A stretch of DNA of 64,000 bases from Firmicutes bacterium UBA3572 (GCA_002375985.1 DFNH01000012.1:2618-66617); one strand, 5' to 3'. Positions 37,445 to 46,815 are shown, counted from the stretch's first letter. Notes: generated by a model from the sequence alone, not told the origin. A program made the numbers and translations.

Positions 37445-38489
37445 CGCCCGACCACCGCGCCGTCACCAGCCGACCCCGAAACGGGTCGTACAAGGCAAGC
37501 ATCTGTTCCCGGCGCCTTACCGGTAGCCGGAGATCCCGGCCGCGTACAAGACGGCCGGGATACCGGGCACCCAGGGCGGTCACCACCCGCGCCAGCCCGT
37601 CCGCTGCCTGGACCTCCGGGGAGAAAAGGCTGACCTGCCCGGGTTCCAGGCGGTACAGCGCCGAGGCCGTCACCCGCAGTTCATCCACCGGCCTGTTGAC
37701 CGGTAAGCTATCCAGAAGCAGCAACAACTGCTGGATCATCCGCTCCGGATCAGGGGCTACATGGGTCGGGAACCGGCGCTCACCCGCCCGCCGATCTCCT
37801 CCGTCCAGCTCCAGTTCCAGGCACAGACATCTATAACCCTTGGCCTCCCGCCGCAACCGGGCGACCAGGTAGCGGGCACCTGCGGCCAACGCGGCCTCCA
37901 GCACCGGACGCCGGGCCACCCCTCCGAGCACGCGACGCCACGTAAAATCGGGCGGGGGATAAAGTGGCCGGACCCGCTGTGGGTCAACGCCCTGGCTGTG
38001 AGCGGCGATCAGGGCGGCGGACGCGCCGAAATACGCCCGCAGTTCGCGCTCTCCGATCCGGGCCACGTCACCGGCGGTGGCCAGACCCAGGTTCCGGAGC
38101 ACCAGGCGTGTTTTCTCTGGGAGGGTCCACAACAGTTCCACCGGCAGGGCGGAAACAAACGCGGCCTCCGCTCCGGGTGCCACCGCGAAAACCAGTACTC
38201 CACTACCCGGCATCCGGACTTGAACTAACCCCGGTAAACGGCCCAACTGCCGCGTCCCGGCCAAAACTGCCGCCCGGGCCAACAGCCGGTTACTCCCGAT
38301 TCCAACCACCAAACAGAAACCGGCGTGCCCCAACTCCCTTAGCAGTTTCCGAACCTTCTGCCGGGAAATTTCTAGAAACACACTTCCGGATGGTTCAGGC
38401 TCAATCACAGGGGTGAAATTGGCTAAAAAATTAAGAAGCCCGGGCTTCTCTCCCTGCTGTTGCTGTTGCAGATAAACCACCCGTACCAA
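37428..38489 (-). CDS. imuB: ImuB-like Y-family polymerase homologue lacking the N-terminal catalytic palm motifs
   Basis: Thumb/little-finger-like blocks (VVGIGSNRLLARAA, PVELLWTLPEKTRLVLRNLGLATAGDVA, RELRAYFG), but no DxD/FYAS motif. An in-frame TGA lies 6 codons upstream of the TTG start. Confidence 0.6.
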   Translation of the reverse strand: MVRVVYLQQQQQGEKPGLLNFLANFTPVIEPEPSGSVFLEISRQKVRKLLRELGHAGFCLVVGIGSNRLLARAAVLAGTRQLGRLPGLVQVRMPGSGVLVFAVAPGAEAAFVSALPVELLWTLPEKTRLVLRNLGLATAGDVARIGERELRAYFGASAALIAAHSQGVDPQRVRPLYPPPDFTWRRVLGGVARRPVLEAALAAGARYLVARLRREAKGYRCLCLELELDGGDRRAGERRFPTHVAPDPERMIQQLLLLLDSLPVNRPVDELRVTASALYRLEPGQVSLFSPEVQAADGLARVVTALGARYPGRLVRGRDLRLPVRRREQMLALYDPFRGRLVTARWSGDAQDR

Positions 38490-38922
38490 CGGTCCAAAAA
38501 CCCCTCACCGGAAAGCATTAACTTAATTATCAGCCACTTACGTTATTTACGTAAAACACCGAGGATTCTGGTGAAAGGCGATTACAGGCAGCATGAACGT
38601 TTTAAGCCTTACTTACGACTGATAACGCGGTTTATAACCACGGGCACCTGCAAAAAATTTCAACGAGCAGCTCCTGCAAATAGCAGTCAAATAAATATAC
38701 CCCCGCAGGGGGCTCATAAAGGGTTTTAGAAGAAGTGCACAGTTTAGTGTACCCTCCGCCCCTAATTTAACAGTGATAAACGCCTGGTCAACACTCGCAT
38801 TAAATTAACAACCGGCGCGCGGCAACACTCGCCGGTCCCTAAAAACAAACTAGGCCGCCTTTGGCGCACCCGTTTTGCAGATGATCCCCGCCCGGCCTTG
38901 GTATTACTGGTTTCTCGGGCCT

Positions 38923-39390
38923 TTATCCCCGCAAATCGTCCTTCCACATGATAATGGCATCCTCGTTGTTGTCTTGATAGTACTTGGGGCGGACGCCGCG
39001 CTCTACAAACCCGAGATCTTTATAGAGATGGCGGGCCGCGTGGTTTGACGGCCGGACTTCAAGAGTCATCCGGCGCCCTCCCCTGACTATCGCCCGGCGC
39101 ATCAGTTCGAGGAGCAAACGCCGCCCCAGACCACGGCCCCGATAGGCCGGGTGCACAGCAACATTGGTAATGTGGGCGTCCTCCAGCACCATCCACATTC
39201 CCCCGTAGCCCAGCACTCTACTACCGACCACCGCCACGATGTATTCGGCAAGTTCGTTATAAAAAATCTCGAATTCAAAGGTCTGCCGGGGCCAGGGGGT
39301 GGGAAAAGATTGTTTCTCAATCTCCATCACCTGATCCAGGTGCTGCGGGCCCATATTCTCAAACCTTATTTCCGGGTACTTGTACTCCAC
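38923..39390 (-). CDS. rimI: ribosomal-protein-alanine N-acetyltransferase
   Basis: GNAT motifs (NVAVHPAYRGRGLGRRLL, ARHLYKDLGF). The track ORF extends to 39837 only by running antisense-frame through tsaB. GTG 39390 lies 5 nt after the tsaB stop. Confidence 0.85.
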   Translation of the reverse strand: MEYKYPEIRFENMGPQHLDQVMEIEKQSFPTPWPRQTFEFEIFYNELAEYIVAVVGSRVLGYGGMWMVLEDAHITNVAVHPAYRGRGLGRRLLLELMRRAIVRGGRRMTLEVRPSNHAARHLYKDLGFVERGVRPKYYQDNNEDAIIMWKDDLRG

Positions 39391-39394
39391 GGCT

Positions 39395-40111
39395 TTAGCC
39401 ACCGCGCACCTCACCCCGGTGCCGCCTTTGCCAAACCAATTCCGCCGCCGAAGGGCGAAGGTACTCCGGGACAAGAGTACAGGCATCCAGTCCCCGACCA
39501 CCCTGCAAGCGTCTGCGACCCAGACCAGCCACCACGGCACCCCGCGGATAATTGAGTTCCGGGGGACAAAAGCAGGCCCGGCTGCCCAGTTTGCGGCCGA
39601 GCTGTTCGTGGTAGATTTCCACGGCCTCGCCCACGAAACACAGGGTCCGCCCGTCGTTTCCGACCGTCTCCAGCAATCGTTCCACATCCAGGGAAGCAGG
39701 CGGGAAAATCTCCCGCGGAACGTCGTCGCCGCAGTCATACAGCGCGGCGTAAACCTCATCCCGGCGGGCCGGCACCAGGGCCCAGACCGGCCCGGCACCC
39801 TGCAACGGGTAAACCAGGGCTTCCAATGTCGACACACCTACCACCGGAACGTTCAGTACCTGGGCCAACGTTTTGGCTACGGTCATACCGATACGCAAGC
39901 CGGTAAAAGACCCGGGACCGGATACTACGGCGATGCCGTCCAGCTCTTCCAACGATAAACCGGCTTCAGCCAACAGGTCCTCGATCAGCGGCAGCAGCCG
40001 CACCGAATGGATTTTTCGCCCGCGAACCGCACGTTCAGCCATTACACCTTCTTGGTCTACAATACCGACGCTACATACCGGCCCGGCGGTTTCCATTCCC
40101 AGGACGTTCAT
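39395..40111 (-). CDS. tsaB: tRNA threonylcarbamoyladenosine biosynthesis protein TsaB
   Basis: MNVLGMETAGPVCSVG, GPGSFTGLRIG, YeaZ family. Confidence 0.9.
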   Translation of the reverse strand: MNVLGMETAGPVCSVGIVDQEGVMAERAVRGRKIHSVRLLPLIEDLLAEAGLSLEELDGIAVVSGPGSFTGLRIGMTVAKTLAQVLNVPVVGVSTLEALVYPLQGAGPVWALVPARRDEVYAALYDCGDDVPREIFPPASLDVERLLETVGNDGRTLCFVGEAVEIYHEQLGRKLGSRACFCPPELNYPRGAVVAGLGRRRLQGGRGLDACTLVPEYLRPSAAELVWQRRHRGEVRGG

Positions 40112-40565
40112 ACTCCTTCAGCTCCTCCACCAGCGCGGCATAGTGCGCGCCCCGGGGTTCAAACCGTAATAGGCGCCTGCTCTCACCGTCAGGTTTTACG
40201 TAGATGTTCAGCCGCCCGGAGGGCAAAAAGTCCTCCACCCGGTCGGCCCACTCGATGAAAACCACGCCCTCGCCAAAAAAATATTCCTCATAACCCAAGA
40301 AAACCAAGTCTTCCGGCCCTTCTAAGCGATAGGCGTCCAAGTGATAGAAAGGCAGCCGCCCCTGGTATTCCCGAATCAGAATAAAGGTGGGGCTGGTCAC
40401 CTGTTCGGTCACACCCAATCCCCGGGCCACGCCCTGGGCCAAAACCGTCTTTCCGGCGCCAAGGTTACCGTACACGCACAGAATGTCTCCCGGTTTCGCC
40501 ATCCGGCCCAACTGCTCGCCCAAGTATCTGGTTTCTTCCGCCGAACCGGTTGTCAGCACTAGCAT
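40071..40565 (-). CDS. tsaE: tRNA threonylcarbamoyladenosine biosynthesis ATPase TsaE
   Basis: GNLGAGKT Walker A, SPTFILIREY, HLDAYRL. Confidence 0.9.
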   Translation of the reverse strand: MLVLTTGSAEETRYLGEQLGRMAKPGDILCVYGNLGAGKTVLAQGVARGLGVTEQVTSPTFILIREYQGRLPFYHLDAYRLEGPEDLVFLGYEEYFFGEGVVFIEWADRVEDFLPSGRLNIYVKPDGESRRLLRFEPRGAHYAALVEELKEYERPGNGNRRAGM

Positions 40566-40568
40566 TTT

Positions 40569-41585
40569 TCACACACCCTGAAAGTAAAAAGCGTCGTAGC
40601 CGGCAGGCGTGAGCAGCCGCCGTTTGCCGTCAGTACCCTCAATCCACAATCCGGCGTCGGGGGCCAGCACTTCCCCGATCGGGGTAACAGTCCAGCCGGC
40701 CGCGGCCAACCGCGCTTCGAGTCCGGCGGCCGCTTCCGGACGGACGGTGAACAGTAACTCGTAATCTTCGCCACCGGAGAGCGCCCATTCCAACGGATCT
40801 TTTCCGGCCAATCGGCCCAACGCCAGAACCGCGTCGGAAACCGGCAACGAACCGGCCCGCAATAGGCAGCCTGTGCCACTGGCCCCGCAGAGGTGTGCCA
40901 CACTAACCGTCAGGCCATCGCTAATGTCCTCGGCCGCGGTAACCGCCCCAGAGGCCGCCAAAATGCCGCCGACAGCCACCCGCGGTGCGGGCCGCAGGTG
41001 GGCCGCCTTCAGCCGTCGTGCGATGTCCGGAGGACATTCCAAATCGGGGTTCTGGAGCAGGAATAGACCGGCGGCGCTGCCCCCCAAAGCCCCGGTAACG
41101 TAAAATAAATCGCCCGGCGCCGCGCCTCTCCGGTACAATACCCGTCCTCTGTCCGCCACGCCCAACAGGGCCACGGTCACCACGAGGCGGTCGGGGTGGC
41201 GGACCGTATCCCCTCCCACCAGGAAAACACCATAACCAGAGGCGGCTTCGCCAAGGCCGGCGTACAGTTCTTCAACGTCCTCCACCCTGGTGTCCGCCGG
41301 AACTGCCAGGCTGACCACGGCCTGTCCCGGCCGGCCCCCCATAGCCGCGATGTCGCTCAGGTTTACGGCTAGGGCCTTATATCCCAGGTCGCGGAAAGAA
41401 GTGTAAGCCCGGGAAAAATGCACATTCTCCACCAGTGTGTCTATAGTAAAAAGCAACACCAGGCCCCCGCCCAAATCCAGCACGGCAGCGTCGTCACCCG
41501 CACCCTGGATCACTCCCCGGCCACAGGGCAGCCTCCCGAAGATCCGTTGCACTAACTCCGCTTCGCCGATCTCGCTCAGCCGCAT
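40569..41585 (-). CDS. thiL: thiamine-monophosphate kinase
   Basis: MRLSEIGEAELV, GDDAAVL, AIR-synthase-like fold. GAGGGATGG RBS before ATG 41585 (track start 41639). Confidence 0.9.
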   Translation of the reverse strand: MRLSEIGEAELVQRIFGRLPCGRGVIQGAGDDAAVLDLGGGLVLLFTIDTLVENVHFSRAYTSFRDLGYKALAVNLSDIAAMGGRPGQAVVSLAVPADTRVEDVEELYAGLGEAASGYGVFLVGGDTVRHPDRLVVTVALLGVADRGRVLYRRGAAPGDLFYVTGALGGSAAGLFLLQNPDLECPPDIARRLKAAHLRPAPRVAVGGILAASGAVTAAEDISDGLTVSVAHLCGASGTGCLLRAGSLPVSDAVLALGRLAGKDPLEWALSGGEDYELLFTVRPEAAAGLEARLAAAGWTVTPIGEVLAPDAGLWIEGTDGKRRLLTPAGYDAFYFQGV

Positions 41586-41776
41586 CCGAATCCATCCCTC
41601 ATTACCGTATAACCATAAAACTCCGAGCAGCGAAAACACTTCGCTCCCAGAGTAGTTATTCTGGAAAGGAAGGCCAAATCCTCTGCATTAAACCTGTACT
41701 CATTATGATGTACAGACCGCATCCGTTCTAGGCAGTTTTGATTTATTAATCATTAGCGCGAGAACAGGCCAAATGG

Positions 41777-41825
41777 TTGTGGATAAGCCATTACTTATCC
41801 ACAAAACATGCCTGTCCCCTTTTTG
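41777..41825. repeat. DnaA-box element, copy 2
   Basis: TTGTGGATAAG-CCATTA-CTTATCCACAAAACATGCCTGTCCCCTTTTT. Two perfect consensus boxes in inverted orientation. Overlaps the last nine codons and stop of thiC. Confidence 0.9.
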
Positions 41826-43105
41826 AGGTACTTGCTGACCACTTGCATAGCGCAGTACTCGCCGCACATGGTGCAGCCGCTGACCTTTTTAGCCGGATTA
41901 CGTTCCTCGTAATAGCGGCGCGCTTTTACCGGATCGATAGCCAGTTCCAATTGCCTTTCCCAATCCAGAGACTTGCGGGCTTGGGACATTTGGGCATCCC
42001 AGTCCCGGGCCCCCGGGATGTTTTTCACCAGGTCGGCGGCGTGACCGGCGATCCGCGTAGCCACGACCCCCTCACGGACGTCCTCCACGGTGGGTAGACC
42101 CAGGTGTTCGGCAGGGGTGACGTAACAGAGGAAGTCGGCGCCGGCCATGGCCGCCACCGCCCCCCCGATGGCGGCGGTGATATGGTCGTAACCCGGTGCC
42201 ACGTCGGTTACCAGCGGTCCCAGGACGTAAAACGGCGCCCCCTTACAGATCCGCTTCTGCAGTTGCACGTTCATAATCACCTGGTCCAGGGGTATGTGCC
42301 CGGGGCCCTCCACAAACACCTGGACCCCCGCCTCCCGGGCGCGATCCGCCAATTCCCCGAGAATCAACAACTCTTCTACCTGTGCCCGGTCGGTGGCGTC
42401 CGCCTGGCAGCCAGGCCGCATCCCGTCCCCCAGGCTCAAGGCCACGTCGTACGCCAGACAGATCTCCAGCAGGCGGTCAAACTGTGCGTAAAAGGGGTTT
42501 TCCTGCCCGTTATGCAACATCCACCCGGTCAATATGGCACCGCCTCGGCTCACAATGTCCGTAACCCGTCCTTGCTTCTGTAAGCGCGCCACGCTTTCCA
42601 GGGTCACCCCGGCGTGAATGGTAAAAAAGTCCACCCCGTCCCGGGCCTGGCGCTCCACCACCCCGAACAGTTCATCCGCCGTCATCTGCACGATGCTGCC
42701 GTGCCGCTCGCGGGCTTCAACCGCCGCCTGATAAACAGGCACCGTACCCACCGGCAACGGGCAGGCGGACAGGACTTCCCGCCGGCACCGGTCCAGATCG
42801 CCGCCCGTGCTCAGGTCCATCACCGCGTCGGCGCCAGCGTCCAGCGCCGCCCGGAGCTTGGCCAGGTGGACGTCCATGGCGGTCTGGTGCGGGGAAGTGC
42901 CGATGTTGGCGTTAACCTTGGTGCGCAGACCCGCGCCGATCCCGACCGCCTTGCGGTTCTCGCGCCGCCGCGTGTTCACCGGAATAACGATGCTGCCCGC
43001 GGCCACCCCCTGAAGGATCAACTCTGCAGGGCGGCCTTCATCCCGGGCCACCTGCTCCATTTCGGGCGTCATTGTACCCTGCCAGGCCGCTAACAACTGG
43101 TTCAT
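41795..43105 (-). CDS. thiC: phosphomethylpyrimidine synthase
   Basis: Radical-SAM ThiC family (VNANIGTS, HAGVT, CTMCGEYCAM). Confidence 0.95.
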   Translation of the reverse strand: MNQLLAAWQGTMTPEMEQVARDEGRPAELILQGVAAGSIVIPVNTRRRENRKAVGIGAGLRTKVNANIGTSPHQTAMDVHLAKLRAALDAGADAVMDLSTGGDLDRCRREVLSACPLPVGTVPVYQAAVEARERHGSIVQMTADELFGVVERQARDGVDFFTIHAGVTLESVARLQKQGRVTDIVSRGGAILTGWMLHNGQENPFYAQFDRLLEICLAYDVALSLGDGMRPGCQADATDRAQVEELLILGELADRAREAGVQVFVEGPGHIPLDQVIMNVQLQKRICKGAPFYVLGPLVTDVAPGYDHITAAIGGAVAAMAGADFLCYVTPAEHLGLPTVEDVREGVVATRIAGHAADLVKNIPGARDWDAQMSQARKSLDWERQLELAIDPVKARRYYEERNPAKKVSGCTMCGEYCAMQVVSKYLKKGTGMFCG

Positions 43106-44164
43106 TTATTTATCCCCCCAAAACTCGTTGATTGCCGCGCACAGGGCCGCGGCCGCCCGGGTCACGTCGGACGCCCCCGCCACCGCCCGCACCACCGCCA
43201 CCCGGCGGGCTCCCGCCCGGAGCACGTCCCCGATGGTGGACGGGTCAATGCCGCCGATGGCTACGAAAGGAAGCGGCACCTCCCCGGCGACCTGAGACAC
43301 CAGGGAAAGCCCGCGGGCTTCGGCCTCCGGTTTGGTGGCCGTGGGAAACACCGGCCCGACCCCAATGTAATCGGCGCCCCTTTTCCAGGCCTCCCGCGCC
43401 TGTTCCACGCTGTGGGTGGACACCCCGATTAGTTTCTGCGGACCCAGCAGGCGGCGGGCCGCCTCCACGGGCAGATCGTCCTGACCCAGGTGCACCCCGT
43501 CTGCATCCACCGCGGCGGCCACATCGGTCCGGTCGTTAACCAGAAAAAGTGCCCCGCCCTCCCGGGTCACTTCCCGGAGTTCGGCGGCCAAGGTGACCAA
43601 ATCACGGGTCCCCAGTTCTTTTTCCCGGAGTTGAAACGCCCCTACCCCCCCACGCACCGCGGCCCGCACCACCTCGGCCAGCGGACGTCCCCCGGTATCC
43701 CGTTGCCCGGCCACCAGGTAAAGCCGCACCGCCGCAAAGGTGTCTGCCCGGCGCTGGTGAGCGGCATGCCGTACATACTCCTGCTCGGCGGCGTAAAGCG
43801 CAAAACGCAGTTCCTTGAAACGGTGGGCCAGGATGGGATCCACTCCACGGCTCAACTCCTCCAGCACCCGGACCGCTTCCTGCGCCCGTTTCCACCCCGC
43901 GAAAGCGGCGTCAAAAATATCCCCCCGGGGACGGGCTTCGGGAACCAAGGCACCCACGTCCCCGGAGACATCGCGGGCCGCTACCAGCCCCGCCCGGCCG
44001 CCGGGAAAGGCTTCCTCCAGGGCCGAGAGCCGGTGCCGCAGTTTCTTCAGCCTCGCCGTCCGGGCAGCATCGCCCAGCACAAACCGCTGGACTTCTTCCA
44101 CCATCCGCAGGCCCTCCCGGGCCCGGTTGAAGTTCACGTCGGCGATACGCCGCAACTCGTGCAC
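43106..44164 (-). CDS. thiE: thiamine-phosphate synthase with ~150-aa N-terminal extension domain
   Basis: The C-terminal half is canonical ThiE (LYLVAG, FQLREK, VHLGQDD, IGVSTH, GVGPVFPT). AGGAGGG RBS favours GTG 44164. Confidence 0.85.
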   Translation of the reverse strand: MHELRRIADVNFNRAREGLRMVEEVQRFVLGDAARTARLKKLRHRLSALEEAFPGGRAGLVAARDVSGDVGALVPEARPRGDIFDAAFAGWKRAQEAVRVLEELSRGVDPILAHRFKELRFALYAAEQEYVRHAAHQRRADTFAAVRLYLVAGQRDTGGRPLAEVVRAAVRGGVGAFQLREKELGTRDLVTLAAELREVTREGGALFLVNDRTDVAAAVDADGVHLGQDDLPVEAARRLLGPQKLIGVSTHSVEQAREAWKRGADYIGVGPVFPTATKPEAEARGLSLVSQVAGEVPLPFVAIGGIDPSTIGDVLRAGARRVAVVRAVAGASDVTRAAAALCAAINEFWGDK

Positions 44165-44180
44165 ATCACGCCCTCCTAAC

Positions 44181-44207
44181 AAAAAACCCCCCGCGCGAAG
44201 GAGGGGT
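44181..44207 (-). terminator. TPP riboswitch expression platform (terminator and/or anti-SD hairpin)
   Basis: Minus strand CCCCTCC-TTCGCGC-GGGGGG followed by TTTTTT. CCCTCCT is also complementary to the downstream AGGAGGG SD. Confidence 0.55.
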
Positions 44208-44233
44208 AAAAAGGTAACAACCTGGCGTTAAAA

Positions 44234-44320
44234 CCCATTCCCTCCGCTGGTACTAACCAGATCAGGTTCCAAGGGTAAAGCGCCCATGCGCTTTTCTCAG
44301 CCCGCTAGCGGGCACCCCTA
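44234..44320 (-). promoter_or_regulatory. TPP (THI-box) riboswitch
   Basis: Minus strand AGGGGTGCCCGCTAGCGGGCTGAGA...ACCCTTGGAACCTGATCTGGTTAGTACCAGCGGAGGGAA matches the THI-box consensus. Upstream of thiE-thiC. Confidence 0.9.
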
Positions 44321-44689
44321 TGGGCCTAAGCTTATTCTTCATTAATCAATGTGTAAAATCCTGCTTTTTCAAAATACGGTTTTTAGCTACCGGCCAAACG
44401 TCCCCGGTCATCCCGCAGGGGACCCAGACCGACCAGCACCGGATGCGTGTCCGGCATCTCCCGACCCAGGCGGGCCACACACAGGACGACTTTGTCCGCG
44501 GTCGGGATGCGCAGGGTAGCCGCAGCCAACATGGGTCTGCATCCTCAGATCCCTCCAGCCATATTTATATAATACCGTATTTCTACTACGGCTGCCAGTT
44601 CCAGAAGAACCTAAGACCAGCCGGGGTGAACACGCCGGTGAAAAGGGTAGCTGGCCTAAGGTTTTGGCCAGGATTATGCCGCCAACACC

Positions 44690-45853
44690 TCAGTCCTCGC
44701 ACGCGTATACCTGACGGCCAGCGATAAAAACCCGCTCCACCCGGGTGCGCACATCGAAAATGCTGCCGTCCAGGATGATCACGTCCGCCTCTTTGCCCGG
44801 TTCCAGGGTCCCCAGCCGGTCTTCAAGCCCCAACAAGGCCGCCGCATCCGCGGTCACCGCCCGCAAAGCCCGCTCCTCACTCAAGCCCCCGCGCACCGTC
44901 AGGGCCGCCGACAGCCCCAGAAACTGGACCGGAACCACCGGATGGTCGGTCATCACCGCAAACCGCACCCCGGCTGCCGCCAGCCGGGCCGCCGTTTCCA
45001 AGGATTTATGGCGCAGTTCCACCTTCGCCCGGTTGATCAAAAGCGGTCCGATGACTACCGGAACGTTCTCCCGGGCCAGGATCTCGGCCACCCGGTCGGC
45101 CTCGGTAGCGTGCTCGATCACCAGTTGGACGTTAAACTCGCGGGCGATCCGCAGCGCGGTGAGAATGTCGTCCGCACGGTGGGCGTGAACCCGCAGGGGG
45201 ATTTCCCGCCGCAGCACCCGGGTCAGGGCCTCCATTTTCAGATCCCGGTCCGGCGGATCACCTTGGCCGGCCGCCGCCCGTTCCTGCTTCCGGAGGTATT
45301 CACTCCCCTGTACCAGGGCAGTACGCAAAAGGCCGGCGCTGGCCATTCTGGTCACCGGAGCCTTGCGTTCCTTGCCGTAAGCCCGCTTGGGGTTTTCCCC
45401 AAGCGCCGCCTTCAGGCCGGCCGGAAACCGCACCACCATCTCGTCCACCGTCTTCCCGGCCGTTTTTAAGACCACCATTTCCCCGCCGATAACGTTCGCG
45501 CTGCCCGGGCCAGTACACACGGTGGTGACGCCACCGGAAAGAGCATCCCGGAAAGCCAAATCATCAGGATAAACGGCGTCTATCGCCCGCAGGTGGGGGG
45601 TGACCGGATCGGAGTACTCGTTGCCGTCGTTGCCTTCGTCCCGGAAGATTTCCTCAATCACCCCGACGTGGCAATGCGGGTCGATCAGTCCGGGCATTAC
45701 TAACTTGCCCGTAGCGTCGATCTCCTGGACGCCGTCCGGGAGCGGTACTGCATCACCCACTTCCTTGATCAACCCGTCGGCGATCAGCACCGTGCCCACC
45801 GGGTATTCCACTCCGGTCATCGTCAGGACCCGGCCGTTTTTTATGGCCAACAT
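44690..45853 (-). CDS. metal-dependent amidohydrolase family protein
   Basis: PGLIDPHCHVG HxH motif and amidohydrolase fold. GGAGGG RBS before ATG 45853. Confidence 0.8.
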   Translation of the reverse strand: MLAIKNGRVLTMTGVEYPVGTVLIADGLIKEVGDAVPLPDGVQEIDATGKLVMPGLIDPHCHVGVIEEIFRDEGNDGNEYSDPVTPHLRAIDAVYPDDLAFRDALSGGVTTVCTGPGSANVIGGEMVVLKTAGKTVDEMVVRFPAGLKAALGENPKRAYGKERKAPVTRMASAGLLRTALVQGSEYLRKQERAAAGQGDPPDRDLKMEALTRVLRREIPLRVHAHRADDILTALRIAREFNVQLVIEHATEADRVAEILARENVPVVIGPLLINRAKVELRHKSLETAARLAAAGVRFAVMTDHPVVPVQFLGLSAALTVRGGLSEERALRAVTADAAALLGLEDRLGTLEPGKEADVIILDGSIFDVRTRVERVFIAGRQVYACED

Positions 45854-45886
45854 GACTGACCCTCCGTTCGAACCATCTAACGCCAA

Positions 45887-46633
45887 CTATTCTATCCCGG
45901 CCAAGCCGTCTCCTGTCAACAGCTTCACCGGGCTGCGGTTCCGGCGGGCGGCTTCCACCAGTGCCGCAAATAATTCCAAGAAGATCGGATAGCGCTCCCA
46001 CATACTTTCGGGGTGGAATTGTACACCGAGCACAAAGGGCCTGCCCGTGCCCTCCACCGCCTCCACGATCCCGTCCACCGCCAGGGCCGCGGCCCGCAAA
46101 CCGGGCGCCAAGCGCCGCACCGCCTGATGGTGAAAGCTGTTTACACGCAATTCCCGCTCCCCCAAAATGACGGCCAGCCTGGTGCCCGGATAAACGTGCA
46201 CTGCGTGGGTGGGGTACCAGCGGGGCGCATCTTGAAAGTGTTTAACCCGCGCCCCTGCCGTGCCGATATCTTGGTGGATGTCGCCCCCGGCGGCAACGTT
46301 GAGGACCTGCATTCCCCGGCAGATGCCCAAAATGGGGCGTCCCGCAGCCAAGGCGCGCCGCGCAAGGGTGATTTCAAACCAGTCTCGTTCCGGACTGATC
46401 AAACCGGTAGCCGGCGTTGCCTCCTCGCCGAAGTACAGCGGGTCGATATCACCGCCCCCGGCCAAAATCAAACCATCCAGAAATCCGACCAGCTCCGGCA
46501 CGGCATCTTCGCTCCCCAGGGGAGGCAGGAGTACCGGCACCCCCCCGGCCTTTTCGACGGCGCGAAAGTAATGATGGGGTAGCAAAGCCTGCCCTTCCTG
46601 TTCATAAAGACAGGTAATGCCTATTATGGTCAT
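45887..46633 (-). CDS. class I glutamine amidotransferase-like, gamma-glutamyl hydrolase (peptidase C26 / PuuD-like)
   Basis: GICRGMQVLNV nucleophile elbow, VNSFHHQAV, FHPE. Confidence 0.8.
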   Translation of the reverse strand: MTIIGITCLYEQEGQALLPHHYFRAVEKAGGVPVLLPPLGSEDAVPELVGFLDGLILAGGGDIDPLYFGEEATPATGLISPERDWFEITLARRALAAGRPILGICRGMQVLNVAAGGDIHQDIGTAGARVKHFQDAPRWYPTHAVHVYPGTRLAVILGERELRVNSFHHQAVRRLAPGLRAAALAVDGIVEAVEGTGRPFVLGVQFHPESMWERYPIFLELFAALVEAARRNRSPVKLLTGDGLAGIE

Positions 46634-46775
46634 TGCCGTTCCTTCCCTTTGGCTGGCTTTTCTTGTTTTTTATGCCTCACACGCCGGGATCATTATTGAA
46701 AAACACGACCCGTGGTCACGGGTGCATACCTTGCCGGGCCAGAGGAATAAACACCCCTGCCACACCCCGGACTCG

Positions 46776-46815
46776 AAGAAAAAACCGCCCCTTTTGCGAG
46801 GGCGGTTTCCTTTTT
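46776..46815 (-). terminator. strong intrinsic terminator downstream of glnA (bidirectional shape)
   Basis: Minus strand AAACCGCCC-TCGCAAAAG-GGGCGGTTTTTTCTTC. Confidence 0.8.

Noticed and set aside
38762-38947. 61-aa ORF (-) and small hairpins (ACCGGCG...CGCCGGT at about 38808-38835, CCCCC-GCA-GGGGG at 38700-38712) between rimI and imuB.
   Set aside because: The ORF overlaps the rimI 3' end, is Arg-rich and has no RBS. The hairpins lack convincing U-tracts, so I could not assign a terminator or sRNA.
44370-44520. 50-codon ORF (-) MLAAATLRIPTADKVVLCVARLGREMPDTHPVLVGLGPLRDDRG downstream of the amidohydrolase.
   Set aside because: It is below the ORF-track threshold, has a weak RBS and no recognisable family. 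It may be a gene fragment.
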